Assembly: GCF_009914755.1 (NCBI RefSeq)
Contig: NC_060926.1
Direction: 5' to 3' (one strand)
DNA: 64,000 bases
Origin: the human T2T-CHM13v2.0 reference genome, Homo sapiens
Both the position numbers and the translations under genes were made by a program. Below are positions 1 to 15,637 of this stretch, one piece after another. Positions within the stretch are counted from its first letter, which is position 1, and every line of letters starts with the position of its first letter. The notes below the pieces were generated by a model that did not search any database, was not told the DNA's origin, and was given only the letters and a program-made list of their open reading frames with translations.

Positions 1-459
1 ACTGAAACACATTTTTCTCAGAAATGTTTTCCAGAAAAATTCATGCTGTGAATGGTACACAAATTTTCTAAAAGTAAAAGTTTCATCATAGGTGATTAAA
101 TAACAACCTAGTGGCTGTCCGTGAGTATTTTACAAAACATTTATTTAATCTCCTAACACTACGTCAAGGTCTTGGAATAGTGTTGGTTGATGGCACCCAG
201 CTTGTAAAGTTATCTTCAACAAATCTTTAAAATATTATTTCAATTTTGGCTTTTAAAGAGGTTACAACTATTACTTGCTGAAAATAATCTACAAATTGGA
301 GTAGGCTGTAGCTTTATAAAAGTTAGCATAAACAATGATTAAATTATTTTTCACAACTTGATTCCTGTTATTAAAAAAAATACATAGTATCATTCAAGAG
401 TGCAGTGTCTCTCACCGAAGGTTGTGTTCTGTTCTTATTTCCAGAAATATTTTAAAAAT

Positions 460-575
460 ATTTACACACATACATGTACACACATCCCCCAATATATACA
501 TCTATATGTATGTCTATATATTAACATATATATATATATATTTACACACACACGATACACCAATATACACATGTA
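460..575. repeat. (TA)n/(CA)n low-complexity microsatellite
   Basis: Interrupted TA/CA dinucleotide runs. Confidence 0.85.
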
Positions 576-1180
576 TTATTTAATTTTATGGATTAGGTCA
601 TTCATTTTTATTTACATAAAATGAAATATATATTGTTATAATATAAAATGAAGATATATTATTTTCAGAAAAAAAAATTTCATATTAGCTTTTCTGAAAC
701 TTGGAATTAAGATATAATATTGAGAATCTAACATTTCCCTTTCCATGTGATCCAAAAATTACTCTGGGTTATTAAACACTTGTGAAAAGGAAAAGCAGAC
801 CAGAGCTTGCAAATTACAGGGATTTTGGAGACAAGAGGAACTTGATTAAAATCATGGTTTACCGCCTAATGTCAGGATAGATATTATCCTCAGTTTCTTC
901 AACTATACAATTGTAATATACAATAGAAATTGTAATATGTAATCACTTGTGTAAGGGAGTCAGAATACCATACACTTTTGCTGTCTTTCCTCAATTACCA
1001 CTCTCTTGTCTTCAGAAAAATTGTAACATTTATACCCAGAAGAAGCTAAAAAGTCCCGAGAATAGTCAATAACTCTTCTTTATCTGTTTTAGCTCTGTGT
1101 CCCTAATCCACTTTGCCCATTTCTGCTTCTCAGGCTGATTGCATTGTTTCTATGCTTATGGAAGAATGCTCTGTCTAGAT

Positions 1181-1308
1181 CTTCATGCTTTCTAGAAAGA
1201 TATCCAGCACTAACATTCTTTTTCTTTACAATTGTTATGCTCCAGGCTTCATGCTCTCTAGAAAGATATCCAGCACTAACATTCTTTTTCTTTACAATTG
1301 TTATGCTC
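1181..1308 (+). repeat. Tandem duplication, 2 x 62 bp (period 66)
   Basis: 1181-1242 and 1247-1308 are identical except for 1 base and are separated by CAGG. Confidence 0.95.
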
Positions 1309-1614
1309 AAATGTCTTCAGATATCCATGAATTCATTCTATTCTGCACTACTCCCTTGAAGAAAAGTATAATTTTATGTGTCTCTAGAAGAGAAAAAAAA
1401 TATGTTCTGTTTAAGACTCTATCTTCTCTAATGTTTTTCCTCTACGATTGTTTTCTCTCACACTATTAATATTCCCTCTTTAAAAGAATTATGCACTAGT
1501 AGAGATAGGATTGACCAAATCTATAATTTTCTGCATGATTCACAAAGGTAATGAAAAGTAGTGACACAAAATTTCCAAATAAATGCTTGCTTGATGTCAT
1601 TCTAAAGGGAGAAA

Positions 1615-1713
1615 GTATATATACAAATATATATGTATATATATGTGTGTGTGTGTATATATATACACACACATATATGCATACATACATATAAATACAC
1701 ACACAATACATAT
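1615..1713. repeat. (TA)n/(TG)n/(CA)n compound microsatellite
   Basis: Direct inspection. Confidence 0.85.
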
Positions 1714-2392
1714 AGTTTGTAACAAATATCTTGTGAAAGCCTAAGTGACAAGATTGATGTAATAAATTTAAATACATAGATGTATGGCAAGGTTCAAGCA
1801 TCTTTATTTTACATTTTCATTACAATTACTGGAAAAAAGTTATTGGCAAAATGTTGCTAAATGTATCTTTAAATAGAGTATGAGTACTCTATTTTTACTG
1901 AAACATTTGTGCTTCCTTTAATTTTCATAAGCCTCAAGTGTGAGAGGGACAGGCTGGAAAGCTCTGGTGGCAGGTTCTTTGCCACTTGTCTGACTGTAAT
2001 ATGTGGCTAGCAATAAAGCTAATGCTTTCCTCACTCACTGATCACTATTTTCAGAATGACTGAAGCTTTGGATGTGGTACAACATTTAAAGGATGGTATT
2101 TCAGATTCATAAATGCTTATTCTGAGAATCTAACAGTTTTTGAAATTACCACTTCTCAGTGCTTGTATAACAGAAGGGAGACACATTTCTCTGTGGGCTA
2201 CAGCAATCATTTAAATATATGTGTTAAAATAATATATCATATGCATTCATGACACACACACATGTGCATGAACACATACTACAATTGTCAGACACTATTC
2301 CAGGGTCCTGTAATATATTTGTGATTAATATAGTTAAATCATATATAGTGACTTAATTAGTTTTTATTTTTTAATAGTTGTTATTTTCATAC

Positions 2393-3914
2393 TGGCACAG
2401 GATCCCTGGGGTGTTGCTTCACCAGCCACAATCCTCAGTGGCCAGTGGCACCTTCTGCCTGTGTATTGCTCACACCTGCTGGGCTTGTTCTGCCCACTAA
2501 GCCTGGCAGGCTGCACTCAGCTCATACTACCAGCCCAGATCCCACACTAGCCAAGGGTGAGCCAGACATGGAGTGGTGAGGGGTGTGTGGGCAAGTGATT
2601 GTGGGGTCTGGCTACTGTGCACAGCCAGACACTGAAGCTGCTGTGGCAGGGTGGTCAGCTCCAGGTGCCAGCACAGGTGCTGGCTTCATGTGAGACTGCA
2701 GCTGGACTAGATGTACCACACGTGGCTTCTGCTACAGGCACCCACGTCTGAACGAGGAGAACATGGAAGCTTGGAGACACCAGGAACTCCAGAGCCCCAA
2801 AGAGGGTGCCACCACCCTGGCTTGGGGAACCCTTAGGTCTGGGCTCCCAGAGGGGCACAGCTCTTCTCTCCTTCTCATTGCCCAGAGTGTGGCAAGCAGG
2901 GGTGGGTTCATGTTTCAACCCTGCTCATGTTACAGCTCTTTCAGTCCTGCCATTTGGCAGGTCCCAAGTTCTTGTCCCGTGTCCAGGAAGAATGACGTAT
3001 GTGGACAACTGCAGGGTGAACAAGGCAGAGAGGAGCTTCACTGGGCAGCAGAGCAGTTCTCAGGAGACCCACAGTAGGTAGCTCCTTTCTGCAGGCATCT
3101 CATCCCAAAGAGTGTCCAGCTCTCAGAGGAGAGGAGACTAGAAGTGAGTACCTCCATCCTGCTACTGGTAGTCCTGATCTGTGTGAGTCTGGCTGGGTTT
3201 GGGGTTTTTATGGGCTCAAAAGGGAGGAAGCGCATGCTGATTAGTCCATAGGCAGCTATGAGCAGGTCCAGAAAAAGCACCATAAGTTATGATTCCAGGC
3301 TGCAGACTTCCCCCGGAACAGACAGTACAGACCCCAGGCTTCAAGTCATCCCTCGCTTAAAGGTGGGGCTTCACTGGTGACCCACCCCTTTCTGCTCAGG
3401 AGCCTATCTCCTGTCACCATCAGTCATGTCATACATGACAACTGGGCTATTCTTGCCAAGAGGCATCTGCAGGCCCACAGTGAGCCACCTTCAGCCCCAT
3501 CTCAGGCTCTCTCCCATGCTAGGTGCCCAAAGTCCAGAGGAGGCCAAGGTGGCAGGGTCTTGGCATGTCAGCACTGCCCAAACATGCTCACACCTGGTTG
3601 TGTTGCAACAGCACCTGGGCTCGACTCCAACTTTGCTCTGAAATTGGAGCAGAAGCTGCATGCAGGGAGAGTCCAGGCAGTGGGAGCAGGCACTTCTGAG
3701 CCTGCAGGGACAGGGGACTTCCCAGACCCCTGAAAATGCAGAGATACCCAGGTCTGCAGCAGTGTCTGGGTGGCTGCAGTGGCACCAGGAGTGCAGGGCT
3801 CCTGCCCCATTGACTCAGAAAAGGGTGAGGCTTGAGCCTCTTCCAAGCACCTGCAGGCTCCATAGAGTGCACAGCCCTGGCCATGCCCTCCAGATGACTG
3901 CTGCCATGCCATCA
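2393..3914 (-). mobile_element. MER52-family solo LTR (ERV1)
   Basis: GC-rich ~1.5 kb block. Reverse complement begins TGATGGCA..GGCAGC..CATCTGGAG and ends CACCCCAGGGATCCTGTGCCA. Perfect 4-bp TSD ATAC (2389-2392 / 3915-3918). Homologous to 41958-43564. Confidence 0.85.
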
Positions 3915-4172
3915 ATACTCAATTCAAAAACACTTATTTTATATTTGAGGACACGAATGCACAAGGACAATAAGGAACTTAAGCCAGTTCAATTGTAGTT
4001 GACATCTAAGATTCAGACACAGTTACATTTGACTCTGGAACCTAACAATTAACTGCTATATTATATCACAAACTGTATATTTTGATGAATCAAACTAATC
4101 ATTAGTTACTTAACCTTTCCTAAGTTTCCTTATGCATGCATTGAGTAAAAAAATGTATATTGCAGAATTGTT

Positions 4173-6011
<1,839 letters not shown>

Positions 6012-6688
6012 AAAAATTGAAATTATATACAAATAAGCTGGCACGATAGACTGTCCAATAAATATAAACCATTAATTTTTCTCTTTGAATTCTAAGCTGC
6101 CATCACAGATGGCAAATAGATTTCATCCTGAATGTTAACCCCTGTCATCAGTAGTTGCTGGAATAACCAATCGAGATTTCTTTGTTGGAAAGAGTGTCTT
6201 GATAAAGAACTGATGCTTTCTATGATTAGAAGTAAAGTTATTTTCCTTTCCTTTGATAAATACTAAGTTCCCCAAATGTAAAAGTAATTTCTTATTGTAT
6301 CTTGAATTAACCACTCCCAGCTTTGTGACCTTCAGAAAATTAATGATTTCTCTGTGTCTCCTTTTCATTTCCCTTGTTGAAGGAGAATGAAAAAGTTATC
6401 TATTTCTTCTGATGATTATGAAGTCTAAATGAGATTACAGACATAAAATCACAGGTTGAACACATATATTTCATTTCACTATCTCCCAAACTTCAGTAAA
6501 ATACAGCAAATTAGAAGAACAAGTAGAAGGCAAAAAGAGAATATCAGAAAAGACCATAGCAAATTTTAGAAATTGAATGGCCAAGGGTAAACAGTCATTC
6601 ATTCAAAATCTATAGCCAATGTAGTTGAAAGTGAAAGGAAAAAAAAGCACATGTACCAAATGAATTCTCTCCTACAAAAGCTTAGATA

Positions 6689-8009
6689 CGAGGAGACTTC
6701 AAAAAGTTCATGGATAAAATGGAATTAAAAGATAAAACTTTAAAAGAGAGATAAACTTTATTTCTCAACATAAGAGTCATCAAGCTCAAGACAATACTGT
6801 GAGCAATGACACCAGCCATTTAGTGCATCCATATGGACCTAAGGGTCCTAGGAATTTAATAATGTCAATGTAGTCTTTTTTAAATTATTAATTGAAGAAA
6901 AAAATGAAACCCTTTACAGATTTTTTAGGACTAGAAAACAAACAGAAATCAGAAAGAGATAATTGCATTGTAAGGTGGATATCTAATGATTTTCCATCAA
7001 AACTCTCACAAAATTGCCCTTGCTTGATGAGCCAAATGAGAAGGAGCACTGTCCATTGTCATGGTGGAGGACTCTCTAATGAAGCTTTCCTATGCATTTT
7101 TCTGCTAATGCTTTAGCTAAATATCTCTAAACACTATCATAATAAGCAATTGTTATTTTCCTTTGGCATTCCAGAAACTCAACAAGCAAAATGTATTGAG
7201 CATTTCAAAAGACTGTTGCCATTACCTTTGCTCTTGATCAGTTCCCTTTTGTTTTTCACTGGGCCACTTCTATCTCTTGGTAGCCACTGCTTTGATTGTG
7301 CCTTGTCTTCAGGATTATACTGGTAAAGCCAGGTTTCCTCTCCCGTTACAATTCTTTGAAGAAATGCTTCAAGTTCTTGATTCTACTGGTTTAAAATTTA
7401 TATTGAAAGCTCTGCTCTCATCTGCAGCTGATGTGGGTACAATGATTTTGGCACCCATTGAGTGGAAAGTTTGCTCAAATTTTCAGTCCCAATTGTGTAA
7501 GCTGAACCAGTTCAGATGTCTATGGTATCGGCTATTTTTTTTTCTGTTAATTGTAGGCCCTCTTCAATTATGGCATGGATAAGACAATGCTTTTCTCACA
7601 AATTGATGTGAATGGTCTGCCATTGAGGAATTCATCTTCAGCTTTTTCTCATTCCATCTTAAAATGAGGTAATCATTTGTAAACTGTTGATTTATTTGGG
7701 GAATTGTGCCCATAAACTTATCATAAAGAAATAATTTTACCATCCTCTCACCCAAGCTTCACCATGAATTTCATGTTTGTCCATGCTTCAATTTTAGCAG
7801 AATTCATGTTTCTCTGATAGGAGCTCTTTTTCAAACTGATGTCTTATCCTTCTTAGTGGCTCAAACTAAGCCACAGAACATACCTAAGATTCTGTTCAGA
7901 TATGTTATAATAGGTAAGTATACATTATTTTGGCACAAAATGTAAAAATGCATACACAGTTTTTTTAAAAATAATACACACTTTCCATGACCCTTTTGAA
8001 GATACCTCA
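6689..8009 (-). mobile_element. HSMAR2 mariner DNA transposon, near full length (~1.32 kb), decayed
   Basis: Terminal inverted repeats (TA)CGAGGAGACTTCAAAAAGTTCATGGA and TCCATGACCCTTTTGAAGATACCTCA. Minus strand from ATG at 7807 reads MNSAKIEAWTNMKFMVKLG*, matching the HSMAR2 transposase N-terminus. Confidence 0.9.
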
Positions 8010-8442
8010 TTTTTTCAGATAGTTCTGCTAGTGGGTGTGAATTGGAAGTAAAAAAATAAAACTAGGGAAAATATATAAAATATTTATTTATTAGCAAGTT
8101 TCAGATCACTTCCTTCATTCAGTGCAACTTTAGAAGAGGAGATCACCACGGGAATTAAAACAGGGGATTGCTGAACTGTAGAACACTGAGTTCAGTGGAT
8201 GGCAGGAAAAATGTATGAAACATAGGTAGACTATGTGAACTGGCATATATTAAATGTTAAAACCTTCAACATTCTTTCCCTACTTGGCTCCTACATCCTG
8301 GCAGACAGAAATTTAGTCATCTGAAAGGAGACAGCTCTAATGCATCTGATAATGGATGCACAGTGAAACAATGGAGCCAGTCCATCCTCATTGAAGTGTA
8401 TGAGAAATAATCTTACTCATAGTTTCCAATGAGATGATTAAT

Positions 8443-11410
8443 GATGTGTCACAGAGATTCTGGTATGTTGTGTCCTTGTTCTCCTTAGCTTCAAAGAACA
8501 TCTTTGTTTCTGCCTTCATTTCGTTATGTACCCAGTAGTCATTCAGGAGCAGGTCATTCAATTTCCATGTAGTTGAGTGGTTTTGAGTGAGTTTCTTAAT
8601 CCTGAGTTCTAGTTTGATTGCACTGTGGTCTGAGAGACAGTTTGTTATAATTTCTGTTCTTTTACATTTGCAGAGGAGTGCTTTACTTCCAACTATGTGG
8701 TCAATTTTGGAATAAATGTGATGCGGTACTGAGAAGAATGTATATTCTGTTGATTTGGGGTGGAGAGTTCTGTAGATGTCTATTAGGTCCGCTTGGTGCT
8801 GAGCTGAGTTCAATGCCTGGATATCTTTGTTAACTTTCTGTCTCGTTGATCTGTCTAATGTTGACAGTGGGGTGTTAAAGTCTCCCATTATTATTGTGTG
8901 GGAGTCTAAGTCTCTTTGTAGGTCTCTAAGGACTTGCTTTATGAATCTGGGTGCTCCTGTATTGGGTGCATATATATTTAGGATAGTTAGTTCTTGTCGT
9001 ATTAATCCCTTTATCATTATGTAATGGCCTTCTTTGTCTCTTCTGATCTTTGTTGGTTTAAAGTCTGTTTTATCAGAGACTGGGATTGCAACCCCTGCTT
9101 TTTTGTTTTCCATTTGCTTGGTAGATCTTCCTCCATCCCTTTATTTTGAGCCTATGTGTGTCTCTGCATGTGAGATGGGTCTCCTGAATACAGCACACTG
9201 ATGGTCTTGACTCTTTATCCAACTTGCCAGTCTGTATCTTTTAATTGGAGCATTTAGCCCATTTACATTTAAGGTTAATATTGTTATGTGTGAATTTGAT
9301 CTTCTTATTATGATGTTAGCTGGTTATTTTGCTCATTAGTTGATGCAGTTTCTTCCTAGCATCAGTGGTCTTTACAATTTGGCCTGTTTTTGCAGTGGCT
9401 GATACCAGCTGTTCCTTTCCATGTTTAGTGTTTCCTTCAGGAGCTCTTTTAGGGCAGGCCTGGTGGTGACAAAATCTCTCAGCATTTGCTTGTCTGTAAA
9501 GGATTTTATTTCTCCTTCACTTATGAAGTTTAGTTTGGCTGGGTATGAAATTCTGGGTTGAAAATTCTTTTCTTTAAGAATGTTGAACATTGGCCCCCAC
9601 TCTTTTCTGGCTTGTAGAGTTTCTGCCGAGAGATCAGCTGTTAGTCTGATGGGCTTCCCTTTGTGGGTAACCCTACTTTTCTCTCTGTCTGCCCTTAACA
9701 TTTTTTCCTTCATTTCAACTTTGGTGAATCTGACAATTATGTGTCTTGGAGTTGCTCTTCTCGAGAAGTATCTTTGTGGCATTCTCTGTATTTCCTGAAT
9801 TTGAATGTTGGCCTGCCTAAGTTGGGGAAGTTCTCCTGGATAATATCCTTCAGAGTGTTTTCCATCTTGGTTCCATTCTCCCCGTCACTTTCAGGTATAC
9901 CAATGAGACGTAAATTTGGTCTTTTCACATAGTCCCGTATTTCTTGGAGGCTTTGTTTGTTTCTTTTTACTCTTTTTTCTCTAAACTTCTCTTTTTGCTT
10001 CATTTCATTCATTTGATTTTCAATCACTGATACCCTTTCTTCCACTTGATCCAATCGGCTACTGAAGCTTGTGCATGAATCACATAGTTCTCGTGCCATG
10101 GTTTTCAGCTCCATCAGGTCATTTAAGGTCTTCTCTATGTTGTTCATTCTAGTTAGCCATTCATCTAATCTTTTTTCAAGGTTTTCAGCTTCTTTGCGAT
10201 GGGTTCGAACATCCTTCTTTAGCTCGGAGAAGTTTGTTTTTACCGATCGTCTGAAGCCTTCTTCTCTCAACTCGTCAAAGTCATTCTCCATCCAGCTTTG
10301 TTCTGTTGCTGGTGGGGAGCTGCGTTCCTTTGGAGGAGAAGAGGTGCTCTGATTTTTAGAATTTTCAGCTTTTCTGCTCTGGTTTCTCCCCAACTTTGTG
10401 GTTTTATCTACCCTTGGTCTTTGATGATGGTGATATACAGATGGGATTTTGGTATGGATGTACTTTCTGTTTGTTAGTTTTCTTTCTAACAGTCAGGACC
10501 TTCAGCTGCTGGTCTGTTGGAGTTTGCTGGAGGTCCACTCCAGACACTGTTTGCCCGGGTTTCACCAGCGGAGGCTGCAGAACAGCAAATGTTGCAGAAC
10601 AGCAAATGTTCCTGCCTGATTGTTCCTCTGGAAGCTTTGTCTCAGAGGAGTACCTGGCTATGTGAGGTTTCAGTTGGCCCCTACGGGGAGGTGCCTCCCA
10701 GTTAGGCTACTCGGGGGTCAGGGACCCACCTGAGGAGGCAGTCTGTCTGTTTTCAGATCTCAAACTCCGTGCTGAGAGTACCACTACTCTCTTCAAAGCT
10801 GTTGACAGGGACGTTTAAGTCTGCAGAAGTTTCTGCTGCCTTTTGTTTAGCTATGCCCTGCCCCTAGAAGTGGAGTCTACAAAGGCAGGCAGGCCTCCTT
10901 GAGCTGCGGTGGGCTCCACCCAGTTCGAGCTTCCAGGCTGCCTTGTTTACCTACTTAAGCCTCAGCAATGATGGGCACCCCTCCCCCAGCCTCGCTGCCA
11001 CCTTGCAAATGGATCTGAGACTGCTGTGCTAGCAATGAGCGAGGCCCTCTGGGCGTGGGACCCTCTGAGCCAGTCACGGGATGTAATCTCGTCGTGTGCC
11101 ATTTGTTAAGACTGTTGGAAAAGTGCAGTGTTAGGGTGAGAGTGACCCAATTTTCCAGATGCAGTCTGTCATGGCTTCCCTAGGTTAGGAAAGGGAATTC
11201 CCGACTGCTTGTGCTTCCCGGGTGAGGCAATGCCTCGCCCTACTTCCGCTCATGCTCCATGGGCTGCACCCACTGTCCTGCACCCACTGTCCAATAAGCC
11301 CCAGTGAGATGAACCCAGTACCTCAGTTGGAAATGCAGAAATCACCCATCTTCTGCGTCGCTCACGCTGGGAGCTGTAGACTGGAGCTGTTCCTTTCAGC
11401 CATCTTGGCA
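8443..11410 (-). mobile_element. L1PA6/7-like LINE-1, 5' half only (5'UTR + ORF1 + ORF2 endonuclease), 3'-truncated
   Basis: 5' end GCCATCTTGG (YY1 site) near 11400. Frameshifted ORF1 (9737-10393 MGRNQSRKAEN..., 9372-9782). EN domain in ORF 8388-9113 ([24 protein letters not shown]). 5'UTR retains the segment deleted in L1PA2/L1HS. Confidence 0.9.
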
Positions 11411-12399
11411 GCAACTTCGCATTTTTTTTTTTTTAAAGAATAAATGCCTAGTAATACATAATCTTAAAAATTGGACCTTTAAATCAGAGGGAAGACCTCA
11501 GTAAGTACCAGCATTGTACATTTATAAACCTTAAAATGCTATCATGGAAAGCATGGATATATCAGTCTTCATTTTAACAGAAAATTGCACTTAATTCAAG
11601 ATCATTCATCTAATATAAGTGGAAAATATTACTTTTTAAAAATATTTACAGTATTTCCCACTTGTCAAAAAGGTTAGTTTAATCCAAAAGGCATTTTTTA
11701 AATTAATAAGTAGTGTTCTGTTCACATCTGTTTTTATTCAATAGTAAAGGCTTTCAGTCTAAGAAACTATTCAAACATATGTTGAATTTAAGCATTTTTA
11801 ATTGGATCATTCACAACACATTTTCTAAAAATATAGCCCAAAAATATATACTAATTTATCATAAACATGCAAGCCTTAATCTTCTTGGCATATTGTAAAA
11901 GGCAGTCATCTCATGAGACATTGTTGTTTTTTCATCTCAATGTTTTTTCTAGTGATAAAGCAAAACTGTGAATTTTTATCTGGCACTGAACTAACAGTGT
12001 GAGTCACAGGAGAGGAAAAATTTTAGGTTTTTATGACAGGAAGAGACATGGAATGAATTTGATGACAGAAAATGTTGCAAGAAATACTTGTTAATAATGA
12101 GTTTTAAAATTTATTTTTCAATCTTTTTATCTGATACTTATTCCCACATTTGAGGTCCTTACCAAAGTATACAAACATGCAAGCATCAATATAGCAGTGT
12201 AATATCAAAAATCTTTATTTCCTAATCAACTACATGATCAGGTTAAGAAAATTCATTTATCTAGCTAAGTCATCCCTAATTACTTGAGGTTATTCGTATT
12301 AGATAATCAGGGGTAACTTAGTGAGTGCATAAACTATGTGTTTACAATTTCATTTCATGGTTAATGATGATAAAAATGTAAATGAATCAATACTACATA

Positions 12400-12640
12400 T
12401 TGAGTACTTACTTTCTGTCTGTCATATTCAAAGAAATTTACAAATGTTTTACTTTTCTGAACAATTGTATGATCTATGAGTATTACAATCTCATATTACA
12501 GATAGAGAAACTGAGATAACAATAATTGCCTAACTTCTTATCTGGCAAAGAATAATCAATTTAATAGGTTATGTAGCCAGAACCTGAACCCAAATAGTCT
12601 GACTCAGTATCCCAAGTCTTAACCTCTCTTCTCTAAAGCC
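12400..12640 (-). mobile_element. MIR remnant
   Basis: TTACAGATAGAGAAACTGAG core and GAACCCAAATAGTCTGACTC. Confidence 0.6.
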
Positions 12641-15603
12641 TCTTGAAGAACAATGTATGGACAACATTTGTATGGGCTCTAATAATTAAACTTTAAAAAT
12701 ATAAATAAAATAAACTTTCATGCAATAACTAGAGAGTAGGTGACAAAGGAAAATGAATGACTTGACTATTTCTTCACCTTGACAAATTATTACAATATGT
12801 GTGATGGCACTCTGTCTTATAATTATTAAAAATTTATTTCATCTCATATTCCTACTGGCTTTCTTTGTTTTGAAGTGTTTGTACTGTAAAGTATGAAAGC
12901 TGAAGCAGCTTAAATGATTCAGACCACAGAGAGTAATGTTTTTATTTTAGTCTTTAAAAGGTCACTAAAGCTGAACAGCACTAAATTACATTACTAAAAT
13001 CACTGTGTCTGTCAACACAACATACTTTCACAGCTGGTTTTCTCAACTGGAGTTAGATTTGCATTTTGGAAATCATATTAAGGTAACGGTAAGGGGTAAA
13101 TTGGGCTTCTTATTTTGATTGAAAATTTTGGAACACAGGAGTAGTGTTTTTTTTTTAAGTATACTGTTAAAAAATTCCTGTTATAATTATTATAATCTTC
13201 AAAATGTTTATTGATTAAAAACAATATGACAAGTTTCAGGTAGTAAAATAATATGTATTTTTCTTATGATTTATAATAAAAATAGTAAATAACAAATAAC
13301 TTTAAACTTTGATAACAAGTAAACCACAAAAACAGTAAAACCATTTGATAGATTCTTACATGTTCTTTTCTGTAGAGGGAGAAAATATCTTCTGTGTTTC
13401 CTTCATTTGCTGATAATCTTTTGCTTAATTCTATACAGAGAGAGTGGCATCCCTATAGTATAACAAATTACAGACAGCCTTATAATTATATAGTGACAGC
13501 TATTGGCATTGGAGAAAACTGATTTGCTGCCAATAGAATGTCAAAAAGACTTTACAGTTTTCTTTATTGGAACAACATATTGGCTTTCTTTGCTATTTTA
13601 AATTTAAATACTTTCAATCCAATTCCACACTTTCAAAAAATTCTATTTGATTAGAGTTAAATGAGGAGTCCACGAAATCTAAGAACTTATCTAGAACTAC
13701 ATGATGTTGCTCTGCTCCAGGTCACAAACAGAAATCTAACAGAAGTTTCCCATAAACAAGTGGAATTTGAAGTGATATTACTTACATGATATAACTTAAA
13801 GAGTGTCAGATACTCTAAATGTGTTATTAAGTGCCTGATCTTAGAGTCCAGCATTTCCACAATTAGACTTGCTACTTGTGGTTAAAACATCTTTAAAAGG
13901 AAAGAAACATCACTATAAGAATGTTAATATCACTGAGGTCAGGTGCATCTTAATGGTATGATGGAAAGAACATCCTGAAGTGATGCTAATGAGCAGAGAC
14001 TCAGCCTGGGTGGCATTAGGCTCTGAGTGATGCACAGGAACACAATATATGATAGGGTTAAAGGTAAATTAGCTGGACATTCATTCACTTTTTTATAGTT
14101 GACCTGAGATCGTTTTATAGAACAAGACATCTTTCTTACACACTGACACATTGTTTTGATAATCATAACCAATTGCCATATTTCTCAAGAGATAAATATT
14201 AGTTTTTAAATTGGCCAACAAAGCCATGTATTTATATGTTGCTTTTTGAAACGCGACTCTTTGACTGGCTAGGCCATTGAAGAATGGAGAATGATTATTT
14301 GATGAGTGACCTATTTCAGTTTCAAAAAGTTATACACTGGGTTTTAAAATTGGAAGTTACATCTCCCCACAGATGTTTACCTGCCAATATTATGATGGTA
14401 GATAATTTAGAAATAATGTCTAATCCTGTTGTATTAGGGATCAGGGAGGAGGTACTCAAACCTCTTTATTTTATAAGAAATTTAAGTTGACCTATCATGA
14501 CTATATCCTTCTTGAAACTCTTCTATTAGTATAACTGGCTGATAATGACATTGACATTAAGATTTGAAAAGATTAAGTGCATCAATGCATTAATAATTAC
14601 TATGTCAGGGACACAGTAAATGCTTAATAAATGTCAGTTGTTGTTATTAGACTCTTCAACATGTACAGAATTAAAGTTAAATATCTCAAATCATGATAAA
14701 AAGTATGAAAATAAAAACATTAGAACTATATTCAAAATCAAAGCTTGATATGAAGCATGAGGTATGAAAACCCTCATAAAGATTATATACTCATTTAAAT
14801 ATTAAATTCATCTATTACTAAACAAATATTTGTGGAAAATTTACTTTGGGAAAGGAAAAAAAATTAAAAAATCTTCATGTTTGTGGAAAAATAAGTGTTT
14901 TTCTAATACAAATAACAAATTAACCTGCTTTTATATAAGCAGATTTCTTGCTTATATATATCTAATTAATATAACTAAGTTCTTTGAGTTGTAAACTACT
15001 AGAGAAAGCCAGTGATGGAAATATTTATTTTGAAGATGAGAAAAAGTAGTGAAAATTTATATTCCAGTAACAGTTATATTTAAAAATAAAACTATATTTT
15101 ACTAGAAAGTAACATCAGATAGAGAATAAAACTCTTTTAAAAATGTTTGCACTTACACAAAGTTCTTGCATTAATATTTAACTAAGACTATGTAATAGCT
15201 TCTTCACCATCAATGAAAGATAAGAACTTATAGTAATGCATTCATCATGTTTAATTTGATTTCTCTCTCATGCTTATGCAACATTGGCTATATTAAATAT
15301 GTAAATATGTAACATTAAGTCTTTATTTGCTATGAAAATTGCATAATGAGTGAAATTGACAAAAAGATTAAGTCCATCCATGCTCAAAATTCTTGAAAAA
15401 AATATTTTGGTGAGAGAATAATGTCTATACAACAGCTTTATATAATTAAACAGCAAATAATTTTGTTTTAAATCTATTCTTCAACCTCCCAAAATTACAG
15501 CCAATAACTAAAAGGAGTTGAAAATTTGAAGCTTGTTGGACCTTTCTGTTGTCCCATGAGAATACTACTAGCTAGGTTTGAAAGTAGGAAAAGTCAGACT
15601 ATA

Positions 15604-15637
15604 ACACACACACAGACACACACACACACACACACAC
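15604..15637. repeat. (CA)n microsatellite
   Basis: Direct inspection. Confidence 0.9.

Noticed and set aside
2655-3998. Cluster of 70-120 aa ORFs (also 41735-43568)
   Set aside because: They lie in GC-rich MER52 LTRs where stop codons are rare, with no recognisable protein
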